Assembly (NCBI GenBank): GCA_973895155.1
Contig: OZ316892.1
Coordinates: forward strand, 1,192,917 to 1,256,916
Direction: 5' to 3'
DNA from: Marsupella aquatica
Taxonomy: Eukaryota; Plantae; Marchantiophyta
DNA length: 64,000 nucleotides
The position numbers and the translations under genes are program-made. The notes under the pieces were generated by a model, which saw only the letters and a list, made by a program, of their open reading frames with translations, did no database searches and was not told the DNA's origin. Shown here in pieces: positions 13,501 through 23,998 of this stretch; position 1 is the stretch's first letter, and every line of letters begins with the position of its first letter.

Positions 13501-13597
13501 ATGATTTTTTGTGTTGTTTTTTATGACATTTTGGAAAATCAGAAAATTTTGAAAAAGAGAATTAAGGCCTTGGACCCATCCTTTAAGGCTTCTTGTT
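10528..13597. mobile_element. Non-autonomous TIR DNA transposon (3070 bp) nested in LINE ORF2
   Basis: Left end AACAAGGAGCCAAAAAGGATGGGT (10528-10551) matches the reverse complement of the right end (13574-13597) at 21/24. Flanked by ATTC at 10524-10527 and 13598-13601. Removal restores the LINE frame (WEC-IHAGRGW). No recognisable transposase inside. Confidence 0.88.
12200..12690. repeat. Degenerate ~70-80 bp tandem repeat inside the TIR element
   Basis: Recurrent TTAGTACTTGA(T/C)AAAATCT.TCAATGT...TCATTGGAAA motif, about 6-7 copies. Confidence 0.75.
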
Positions 13598-13601
13598 ATT
13601 C

Positions 13602-13975
13602 ATGCTGGCAGAGGATGGACACTTGTCCAGTAGTGTTTCCAAGGTTCGCTGCTTTGTTTGAATGGAGGGCTGTGTGGACTCCTAGAGGCGGCTGCTGGCA
13701 GGGAAGTGATACACTCTCTCAGGTGGTTCCTCATTTTTCAGATTCTCTGGACCCTTTGGGTTGGGAGAAATGAACACATGTTCGGTATTGGAGGTTGCCG
13801 AAAACTGGACATAATTTCTGTGCTGTCAGAGGTGGCAGATCACAACCATGGTGTTTGTGACAGCCTTAAGGCTAGTAGGCGCCTCACTCGGCTTCTTGGT
13901 GCCCTGGAGAACATTAAGACTGAACGATTAGAATGGATTAGCAAGGGTAACCCCTGCTCTATTGTGAGCCCATAG
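13602..13975 (+). pseudogene. LINE ORF2 C-terminus (continuation after nested element)
   Basis: ILWTLWVGRNEHMF matches the L1 C-terminal W.IW..RN..IF motif; in frame with HLFWEC once the insertion is removed (one internal TAG). Confidence 0.85.
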
Positions 13976-14331
13976 GAGATGTAGTTGCTGTGAGCCCTTT
14001 GGGCTTTCCTTTGTGGTTGTGGTGGTGGTAGAGAGGGACAGTGTATTGTTAGTCCCCTTGGCTGTGAGGTGGCTGTGAGCCCTTTGGGCCTTCCTCTGTG
14101 GCGGTGGTGGAAGGGATTAATTTGCCCCCGCTGGTACTTGACTTACGTGTATTAGGCTGCTCTGACTTTGGTGGCCTTTCTGGTCCGGCTCGGGGCCCAA
14201 AAGGCTGTTATGTCTGTCTATTGCGGGGCTTGTTGCCCCCTCTTTGTGTTTCTGGCCTGCCTGGCTTCCCCTCATCGGTGGGGTTTTCGCGGAATATATA
14301 TGAATTTCTTAAAAATTTGCAGGAAAAAAAA

Positions 14332-14426
14332 AGAGGCCTCATCAACCATGTTAGAAAGATCTCATTGCATAAAAGATGTTGTTGAGTAAAAGATATCATG
14401 ACTCAAAAGAGAGGCCACATCAACCA
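14332..14426. repeat. 78-bp tandem repeat, right part
   Basis: Unit identical to that at 3343-3420. Confidence 0.92.
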
Positions 14427-14649
14427 CCAAAGTATAACACAGTGACAATGAATTTTTTTCTCTTTGCTTTTGTCATTTTTTTCCTTTCAAAGCTCAACAA
14501 ACCACCCCAAACCAAACCCCCCCCCCCCCCTTTTGTTTCCCTCTGTTTTATTACTCTTTGGTCTCTTTTTCTCTCATTGATTAGATTATGCTCTACTTGA
14601 TTGACTATGTGCTATTTGCAATTAAACTACTATCATTATGTAGCCCCAT

Positions 14650-14828
14650 ATGCATGGATGATATGGCATGGATGATATAGCATGGATGGTAGAGGGAGGA
14701 GCATGGTATTGCATGGATGGTAGAAGGAGTTAAGAGGTAGCATGGATGGTAGAGAGAGGGACATGGTATAACGTGTATAGTAAAGGGAAGAGCATATAAT
14801 TTGTATACATGGATGGTAAAGAGAAGAC
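14650..14828. repeat. Degenerate GCATGGATGGTAG minisatellite
   Basis: Six or more spaced copies of CATGGATG(G/A)TA. Confidence 0.75.
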
Positions 14829-15374
14829 TTTGTCTTTTTCCTTCTAGTTTGGGGACACGTGCATTCACTTTTTCAATCACACTACATATAATTCATTTGT
14901 TCTTTATTGCTTTCACTTTTTGCAGTTTCTATTTTTTTCACCCCAAAAGCTACTCCAAATTTGAATGACGACTACTGCATAAAAAGGTGCAACCTTGTAT
15001 TATAGTTCTTGATTTAACATGAATCTTAACTTCATTGAAAATTCACCAATTATGAAAAGAAAGAAATAATTATTTTTCTTAACATGGGGACAAGTTAATT
15101 TACTTTTTGTGTATCCTCACATGTTTAGATATCTTAAAGAAAACTACAGTATTTTGTTTATTGATCTACCAGATAAAATAGTCCTAAAGGCTTTTTACTA
15201 GTCCTAAAAAGCTTTCCATACCACTTGGGGAAGGTCGCTTAGAATTGGAGCAACCTTATTATCAGTAATCTCGGATTGTTGGTTTATAATTTTGTGCGTT
15301 ATTGTTTTTTGACCGTAGGGCTGGGTCCGCACAAAGAGTCCATCCAGTACTAGCCTGGTGAAAGTCTGGTATTC

Positions 15375-15774
15375 AACCAAGTGGCTTAGGACAGTTGGCT
15401 AGGGGGCTGACCTGGAACTGAAAGGTCTAAGTTCAACTCTCCCTTCTCAAATTCAACCCTCCTTTCACACACAGGGGTGTGGAGGGTATGTGTGGGGATG
15501 GATTTTGTTGATGGGAGTTAGAACTATCTCCTTGGCCCCTGGTTGTCCACTTTGTGGCCCTGATTTATCTTCTCTCCCACCTGGTGCAGGTCCCTGTCAG
15601 ATCAATGGAGGCTCACCCTAAAATAATTCCCTCTCTCCCACCTGGTGCAGGTCGTGTCAGATCAATTGGGGGCTCACCCTGAAATAATTCCATGCTAGGA
15701 ATGTATGTCACTATTGGGGTGGGGTGTGGACAGACGTGGTTCTTCCTCATTTCCTTTCAAGACCAACAACAACA
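15375..15774 (+). mobile_element. tRNA-derived SINE copy
   Basis: A-box-like TGGCTTAGGACAGTTGG, decayed B-box (AAGTTCAACTC), GT-rich body, internal 60-bp duplication, tail TTTCAAGACCAACAACAAC; decayed TSD AAAGTCTGGTATTCA / AAAGTTGTGGCATTCA. Confidence 0.75.
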
Positions 15775-16322
15775 AAAGTTGTGGCATTCATCACTTTGTT
15801 TAGCCTCCCTAAACATGACCTGACTAACTGCTCCTAAAAAACCAGGCCCGTGACCAAAGGGTGTTTGATCACATTAGGCTGAACTGCAAAGTTATAAGAG
15901 CAAGTATTAAATATACTTAGCTTAAGACAAGCAAAGTAAAACAGAACAAAAGAATGAAGTAAACACAAAAAACAAATCATTAAATGTTCCCCTCATCTCT
16001 TTCTTCTCCCATCATGATCTGGCCTGAATACAAATATAAGATACATTGGATTTTGTTTTGGTCTCTTTAGAACAAAGGAAATTGTATAGAAGTCCAATAT
16101 TGCAGTCCATTGTATTACAGTCCATATAAATTGCACAACAAAAGTATCTTGGGCCGGGGACCTTTTTGGGTCCCCCATCACATAGCTGAGTTCAGGCAAT
16201 AAACAACCAAATGGAGCAGGGCTTTACGATCTCGAACTGAACCCCAAAATTGGTGCCCAAGGCTGGTTTTCTAACGTCCTCTCATCAGGCCTCGATTTGT
16301 GGATGAGTAAGCCAGAGTTTGA

Positions 16323-16506
16323 AGAATCCATGGTCTTCCCAACACGCATGAACAATTGAAACAACTGTATCTCTGGAGGCCTGATACAGTACATAGCCAA
16401 CTTGGTCAAACTTAGAGTGCAGAATCCATCGTCTTCTCAACGCGCATGAACAATGAAAATAACAGTATAATGGAGGCCTGATACAGTACATAGCCAACTT
16501 GGTCAA
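16323..16506. repeat. ~98-bp two-copy tandem duplication
   Basis: AGAATCCAT...TGGAGGCCTGATACAGTACATAGCCAACTTGGTCAA at 16323 and 16421. Confidence 0.85.
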
Positions 16507-17946
16507 GCTGAGAGAGTGCAGGACTGCAGGCTCGTGGACAAAGTTTTCAGCGGAAGCTGCGGCAGAATCTTGCTCAACCGCTGGTGGGCTGGTAGCACTG
16601 TCAGGTTGCAAAAGTGTCCGAGTTATGACAGTCGAAAAATAATAAAAGAGAAGGATCGTTCAACGCAAAACCTTGAATTAATAAAGATCTAGTTAGAAAA
16701 TTTGTATACCAAGAAGAAACTGCTGGCCACCGAGGAAATTGCGGGGTGCTGTCCATCATCAATCCACAGTAGATACAATCTACAGTAGATACTTTACAGG
16801 AGGTATCGTGGATCTGCGATTTGGTAGGACCAAAAAACGTAAAAACGTGTGCTTCGTGGAACTGTCTCGAAAGATACATTGGCTTTTGCCAAGTCAAGGA
16901 CTTGATGGGACTCTACGTATAACAGTATAAGGCCCATACCGCGTGCCTTTGCACTGTCCCTCTGACTTATTGTAATTATTTATTATGAAATGATTTCATA
17001 ATATAGTCCGAGGTCAAAAAGTGGATCCCCAGCTCTTTCGAGGTAAACGGATCTGCTTGCCGAGTGAATGCCCCGTGGAACCGGACTGCACGATCTCGCG
17101 TGAAGAGAGAAAAAGGATCCTCTCGAGCAAGCGTTCGAATTTTGGAGAGAGAAAGTTGTTTCTCTCGCGGATTGAGTGGCAACGAGTAGGTTGAAAGAAC
17201 ATACAGAACAACGGTCTGAACCACCACCTTCATATCGGGTTTCGACGTCGAATTTGTCTCGACTAATTTCTTCACGTTCCACAAGTTGAAGTTGATACTT
17301 TGACAGGAGGTACGTAGTACTTCAGTTATTTTCACAAGATCAACTGTTTTTTCTATGAGTTCGTGTCAATGTGGTCTAAAAGAGAGTCCTATGATGAACA
17401 TCGTAGAAGTTCTCTTTATCGCATCCATGAGTGGTCAAGCTTTGCGGGAGGAAAACTAAGCTCAAAACTTATCGGATGATGTGTCTCGGACTTTAGCTTC
17501 TGCACCAATGCATGTACATGATTTTCCAATGTTGGTGCAAACTAGAGCTTTGTGTTCCTTTCCATACCTGTTAAGCGCACGTTTGTGCGTTTGTGCGTTT
17601 AATTTCTATATCGAATACCGGAGATCGCAGAATATCATCAGGACCACCCTCTCATCAGCTGCTTTCCTTTGCTCTGGAGGACATCTTCAGATTTAGGGTG
17701 CTTCTGACTGGCTGGGTACGGTGGATCTGTTCCGAAAACCGCGAAGCCAATAGAATAATTCACAGTAGTGATGACCTGAACGAACCATGTCCCATCAACG
17801 TTAGAAGGGATAGAGCACGTACGTGGACTTCAACTGCTTAGAAAAGATCAGGTTTAGACTTCTTGTTGAGCTAAACCCTTGCATGATCGAGAGCTGAGAC
17901 ATTATGCTGCCATTGTAATTACGAATGTTTGCAGACCGTCAAAACA

Positions 17947-19313
17947 ATGATGGGCAACAAGTTTTCTTCTCACCAGCCCGTGCCTCAAACTGTGTCAGAG
18001 ACACGACCTCCGGGCATCAAGAAAGTAAGTACATCAATGATTCCTACTTTCGTGGAGCGCTGATCGATCTGTTACTTCGTTTTGGGTCTTGCCTAGATAA
18101 TTTCATACGACAACAGGCTGGAATTCTTAGGTAAGTAAGGTTTTACAAATAAATTATAGGCATTCGTAATTGAGCTCGTTGGTGCCCATGTCCTTTGATT
18201 TTGCAGCGCAACGATTCCGTCTTTGAACTGTACAAACCTCCAGCGCCAACTTCACAATCCGTCGACGTCATCTTTTTCCATGGTCTTGAGCAGGAATTCG
18301 ACTACCAACAAGCCTATTGGAAGACTTGGTTATCCCGTGATCGGACAGTAGTTTGGCCCAAGGATTGGCTGAGTAAAGATCTCGATACAGCAAGAATACT
18401 GTCAGTTTCTTATGATTCTGCCGCTCAAAGTCATCCTGGGCAAACCGATACTTATATCATTGCAGAGAATCTGATCAGTGACATCATCTTTGATCGGGAT
18501 GTCGGGGCCGGCCAACGCTGCCCAGTGATCTTAGTAGGTCACTGCTTAGGCGGGATCATCATCAAAGTGTTTCTTTTAGGTTGCCTAAAGAAAAAAACGT
18601 TGTTATCCAACGATAAAACAGGAAAGCGACAACAGCTCGACAACTTCCTGAAAAATACTATGGGTGTATTCTATTACGCCACACCACATGAAGGTACCAG
18701 AATAGCGGAATACTTGGCTGAAGTAATGAATAAAACAGACCTGAACAACCCCTTGATAGAACTCTTGAACATACTGAGCACCCAGACCTCAAGGATCAAC
18801 GACGACTTCTCCAACTTAGTCACTAGTCTAGAACTCACAAGCCAGGCAATTGCGGAGTCCTTGCCAACAAAGTATATGGTGAGTTTGAATTCCCGTACCT
18901 TACTCTTATAAGTGCAAACGTCATGATCACTCGTTAGCCAGTAGGACTTCCCTCCACAACATTAGTTTCGGCCAGCTTTAAAGTTTTCTGACCTTGTGTA
19001 CAAACTACTTGCTTTCTCCGCAATGCAGGGTTTTACGGGCAAACTCGTCGAAGAAGCGTCTGCTAGGCACGGCATTGACAGCTATTACACTGTTTTAGGT
19101 GCAAACCATTTTGATGTCTGTAAAGCTAAAGATCCCGAATCGTGTAATATTTATAAGATGCTTCGTAGCTTTATTAAGACCATTGTCGAGGACAACAGAA
19201 CTAAGGCGGAGGGCAGCGGATCACAGACCCAGCCTGGAAGACCCAAAGTAGAAACTCTGAAAAGTTTACAGGCGGCGGAGGCTAGGGCAGCGGAACACAG
19301 GCCCAGAGTATAA
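17947..19313 (+). CDS. Stand-alone alpha/beta-hydrolase (SERAC1/PGAP1-like; hydrolase-NLR N-terminal domain type), ~344 aa; exons 17947-18024, 18207-18878, 19029-19313
   Basis: VDVIFFHGL, KTW, WPKDWL, ARILSVSYDS, PVILVGHCLGGIIIK, FYYATPHEG, LVEEASA, NHFDVCK; both introns GT-AG, phase 0. First exon chosen by phase compatibility. Confidence 0.85.
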
Positions 19314-20666
19314 GACCCGCAGAACAAGACTCTGAATGATTTAAAGCTTAGGTGGGCAATAGTCATTGCAAAAGCTTTCGTTACTCTGAGTGTCAGCCAT
19401 GATGCAGAAGCACCCATGCAAGGAAGAGAGTCAGGCTTCTGTCTTTACGGCTTCAGTTTAGATATCCGACCTTAGTACATGCTGGAGTGGATTGGTAGTG
19501 TAGATGGCATAACCTGAAGGCAAACGATACATCACTCCGAAGCCCTTGCCAGGTGTGCGAATTTCTAAATGAATGCGGCATGGGACATCCACATGTACAA
19601 GTTCGGTCGCCTCGTTATATATTAGTTTGAGATTACTCACAGGGCTTCAATTCATGGGGATTCGAGTATGTGTCGATCTTTGGAAACTACCATAGGAGCA
19701 GCACACTTCCAAAGACCGGCGGCCAGTGTTCAGGGGTCAGAGAGGTCCCTTCTAGTGGATCCGTGATAAAGAGTCCTCTATCAGTCTTGCAGTAGTGATC
19801 GATGTACCTTTCGCTAGAGCCACTGGGAATCAGATAGAGACACTCATCCGTCAATCCTCTTGTTACCAGTTGTACTCTTGTTAGCTTGAGTTTCCTGATT
19901 GATATTTATAAGTTGTTTCTACTTTATTGAGTGATTTCTTCGTGGAAATGTGGTGCGCGCAAAAGAGTCCATGCACTGGCCTCATCTTTCATCGCCCGTC
20001 GGTTGCGGGCAACTTGGATTTGAGACTGAAGTTTCTCCGCGTTCTGCCCAGCACTTGCGATTTAAAGTTATATAATATGCATTTCTGACAATTTCACTGA
20101 TCTCGTTGGTTGATTTCACAATTTCTGGCTCGATCACAAATACCAGAGTTGGGTTCTGGATTAGTGTCAGTGTCACAAACGGCGTGAGTAGCTTTCATGG
20201 TAATTACGAAAATCTAGTTCGGTCAGAGGCTCGCTGCTATGACGAAGGTTGTCAGTTGCATTTGCGGATCTTCAACCATCGGTGTCTATAGCCAAACCAA
20301 CAAGCCATCAAGAGAAGTCAATTAATTAGCTTGAAATAACTGGTCCAACGATTATTCATTGCGCTTTTGTTAGTATCAATTTATACGACTCGGCTGATCC
20401 ATCGTGTCAGCAGCTGCAACGGCTGTGAAACGTTTCACAAAATGTCAACAGCCCCTTCCCAACTCGCATAATGGCACAGTACTCGTGAGAGTAGGGAAGT
20501 CCTCGGCAAGCAGATTGAAGTCACTGAACCACACGGCCTCCTGCAGTTATCATGAGAAACAGTTGTGTTCATACACTTCGGTATTGTCTGTCGCATGGTT
20601 GTAGAAATTAAAGCCTCGTCATTCCCGTCACTATTGTTTGTCGCAGTTTGTAGAAGATTGCCTCCA

Positions 20667-20816
20667 ACTACAATACAGTAGATTCATTGTACACGAGAAA
20701 TTTTCGATATCCTAGCATACAGGGACTTCTTTAACCCAAGTACTACAATACAGTAGATTCATTGTACACGAGAAATTTTCGATATCCTAGCATACAGGGA
20801 CTTCTTTAACCCAAGT
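20667..20816. repeat. Perfect 75-bp two-copy tandem duplication
   Basis: 20667-20741 is identical to 20742-20816. Confidence 0.95.
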
Positions 20817-21099
20817 TGGTAGACACTATTTGAAGGTCTACCTTGATCCACTCAACGTACTCAAGCCTACGTCTACCCTGATCCACTCAACATATTCATG
20901 CCTACATCTATTTGTGCACTGAATAAATGACAATGCCGGACCAAGAAGTGACTCTGGAGATGACCGATTAATAAACCCATTCTACCTTTCAAGTTTCCAG
21001 GACGTGGCCATTTTAACATGCTATATACACTTTTTCCATGTGCTGAGAACTGACGAGGGCTATCTTAGATTGCTGGAAGTAACAGTTCCCTAAACGCCA

Positions 21100-21710
21100 G
21101 GCAGTGACAGCTTGATGATACGAAACACTGTTCTGTGCAAATGGGCGTAGTAATGGTGTACAACATCTCCCCACATCTTTTCAGCAAATTCACTGTTCTG
21201 AAACAAGTTTGTTGCTTTGTCCCAACATGTGTGGAACACGTAACAGGTTCATTATACACATCACCCACAAATCCTGGTGATGGTTCAATTTTATGACGAA
21301 TGCCATCCAGTCGGGGTGCAAGTGCTGCTGGAAACGCCAAATACGGATTGCAATGTCCCCCTGGTAATCCGCACTCGATGCGTAATGACTTCCCTGCGCC
21401 AAGTAGGCGGAATGGCGGTGTTCGATTGTCCCTGCTCCACAATTCGAGTGGAGGCCCCAACTCCCAGAAACTCTTGTATGAATTCACATTTGGAGCATAG
21501 AACACCATAAGTTCTGAAGTACGATTCAAGCAACCCCCAAGAAACCATTGAAATTCATCACTACATGACATTGTTCAGAGCGCTTGTTGTCCCCATCAAA
21601 GATATTCTTCCATCCTCCCAAAGACTGAGGTGGAGATGACTGCGTGAGGTTCAAATGAGGCTTAGCCATAAGTGACGGAGATTTCTAATTGATCTTCAAC
21701 CTCCTTTAAC
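21100..21710 (-). pseudogene. Type I glutamine synthetase-like (gamma-glutamyl ligase) catalytic-domain remnant, intronless, frameshifted
   Basis: LKEVEDQLEISVT/MAKP, SHLHLSLW, FLGG, YAPNVNSYK, WSRDNRT, SLRIECGLPGGHCNPYLAF, LDGIRHKIEP. Frameshifts, missing N-terminal half, and loss of conserved Arg residues (YKR, ECR). Confidence 0.85.
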
Positions 21711-22294
21711 CATCACATGCCGATCTTGAAATCTGTTTTAGTACTTGCGAGACCTATGCATCTATAGAAAAGCTGGTACATGGTCATTGTAAGCGGGATG
21801 CTTGGCCCAGTATTGCATACTCCTGTTTGACTTTCGTTCAAAGAAGAACACTACTTCTGGCAGTAAACTCTGGAGAGCGATTTTTGAGGAGCAGCGTTTG
21901 GGATATCCAACTGCCTGGATATTTGTTCTTTAGAGCAAAGCTTTAATTGAAGACAATTAGTAGTTCCCAGGAGGCGGACAAGTATATGGAAAAGGCTGCA
22001 GAAGAAAGTATATGCTCCAGACGACTTTCCATGACAAAAATCGCATAGGAATCATTTCTTATCTAGCTAATTTCCATTGTTGCAGTATTGATTTTTTGCA
22101 AAACATGCACTATACAGACGACTCTCAATTGACGTGGGCACAATTTCTCAATTAAAACCTAGATCTAACCTCAAGTCATCCCTTAGCAGTCTAGTCCACT
22201 GTAATGACCTTCATAATTTTGATAATGTATTCAGAGAGGATCGGAACGACCACGAATGCAGTTTACTCGCCTTCATGAGCTTACCGTAAACTGT

Positions 22295-23890
22295 CTATTG
22301 TGGTGGAAGGAATGGTGTCCACCAGGGCCCTTCGTATTTGGCATATGGGGCTGTCCATACTCCTGGCTTTTCAAAATTAAGCCTAGTAGAGGAATTTCCC
22401 CCGGCTAGTGCTTCAGCTACTTTATCAGCCTCGAAAGCTCCCTTAAGAACGCGATCCAACCTTAATTTCATGAACCTGGTAGGCAAGCGACATACACGAC
22501 GTCACAATGTAACCACGCAGTGCATTCAAAACGAAGCATCTATTCTGAGGTTTCTCTCAAACTTTTCTATGATTGCTTCTCTCTCCTATTTGTCACGAGT
22601 GTGGTCTTTCCCAAAACTGAATTGACTCCCTGTTCCATAAAATCAGGATATACAGTACGACAGAAAAATAAGGAATCATGTAATTTTCATCAAACTTCGA
22701 CAGCTTACGTGATCCACGTGGCATCCGTGGAGACGAGGGCTACAGCAGGTCTACCAAGGCGTTTTGTGATGTCAGGAAAACTGGCCAAGAACTCTGGTTC
22801 AATGACGAGCCAAAAGTTCTGCTCCTTATCCTGCTCACCGAAATACCTCAACCGCTCCCTCATCAACTCTTGAAAATGCTCCTCTTCATCGAGCATAAAC
22901 TTGGCGTTAGCCACGACAAAATGATACTGGGTTTTCTGGATCAAAAACCATGAGAACCATCATGAACAGCTACTACGCACGCACTTCGCTTTCTACATGA
23001 GATCCAGAATCTAAAATCATTGAAGATAAAATTAGTATGGAATATTTGGTCCCAATTTACTGGTTCTTCTCGTCCTCCTGACTTGCTATCTCTTTTGTGC
23101 TGGTTCGTAACAGTGAACTTTCAGACCAGACAGTCTATCTACACTAAGATAAACTAGGAATGAACGGCCTTTCACTTACACCTTTTTTATACATGTAGAG
23201 CCCACTCGTGTGTTGTCTGTGCCAGAGTTCATTGTAAAGTGCGGATAAGTCTTAAATTGGTCATTGACTAGGTGATTCTCACCCCCTACCTTAATCTGAG
23301 GACTCAGGACAACTCAAGGTAAATCGTATAACGTACCAGAGTTTCTACGATAACATCTTCACTTTCAAGAATTGACTAACCGGCCCAGAGAAGACTAAAA
23401 AACAATATTTTAGAATGCTTCAGGGACCATTGCCCATTCTTTTCGACATAGCCGAGAGAAAGATGCCGGACATTTTTGAAGAGATGGGGAAAAGACAGCA
23501 ACCTTCGAGTTGGAGGTTCACAAATTTAAGCTCAGTTATTCACATTCTTAATCGAATGCAGCTACTGTAGTTTCAAGTCCCACACGAACTGACCTGAGAC
23601 CCAGCAGTCGAGGTAGGCTCGACATTCTCCACATCCTTCTCGGCAGCAACGGCTTGCACCACCCGCAATCGGGAAGAAATAACGCCAGTGGCAGCTCCCA
23701 CAACGCTTGTGGAACGGCTGGTTGGAAGGTTGAGCGAAACGGTGGCCCCAGCAATGCTACACCGTCGGCAGGCGAAGCTCACATTGCTCCGGTTGAGATT
23801 GTTGTCGCTGTTACACTCGCGGTGGAGGCCCTGCTGAACTGGGCCACAAGCCCACACGGCCACCGATGCCCCAGGCTGTGCTAAAGCCAT
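22295..23890 (-). CDS. YCF54: Ycf54 (LCAA), auxiliary subunit of Mg-protoporphyrin IX monomethyl ester cyclase, with plastid transit peptide; exons 23890-23594, 22935-22709, 22475-22295
   Basis: YHFVVANAKFMLDEEEHFQE, FWLVIEPEFL, RPAVALVSTDATWITFMKLRLDRV, WTAPYAKYEGPWW; GT-AG introns with matching phases. Confidence 0.95.
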
Positions 23891-23970
23891 CTCTTCCCAC
23901 CTCTCGCTTGCTCACTCTTAACCCACAAGTGAAACGAGACCCACAAAACCCAAGACCCTGACACGATCAG

Positions 23971-23998
23971 CGCTGCGAGGATAACGCTGCGAGGATAA
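23971..23998. promoter_or_regulatory. Tandem 14-bp GATAA (I-box/GATA-like) repeat upstream of YCF54
   Basis: CGCTGCGAGGATAA twice, the second followed by G (GATAAG), 80-110 bp upstream of the ATG of a chlorophyll biosynthesis gene. Function is inference. Confidence 0.35.

Larger units (their letters stand above)
3454..14331 (+). mobile_element. L1-clade non-LTR retrotransposon, near full length, inactivated, with nested insertion
   Basis: ~1.2 kb 5' leader; ORF1 with DUF4283-like region and decayed zinc knuckle; ORF2 with APE endonuclease, RT and C-terminal Cys/His motif; A-tail at 14324-14332; direct repeat AGAGGCCTCAT at 3413-3423 and 14332-14342. Confidence 0.93.

Noticed and set aside
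16224-17335. Minus-strand ORFs with faint kinase C-terminus-like phrases (LTKLAMYCI, KPDMKVVVQ)
   Set aside because: No HRD/DFG/APE or other kinase motifs nearby; too weak to call.
17925-18134. 69-aa ORF as first exon of the hydrolase
   Set aside because: Its donor at 18131 is phase 2 and does not fit the phase-0 acceptor at 18207; the alternative frame ending at 18024 does.
19314-20600. NB-ARC/LRR continuation of the hydrolase gene
   Set aside because: No P-loop, kinase-2, GLPL or MHD motifs and no long ORF in any frame.
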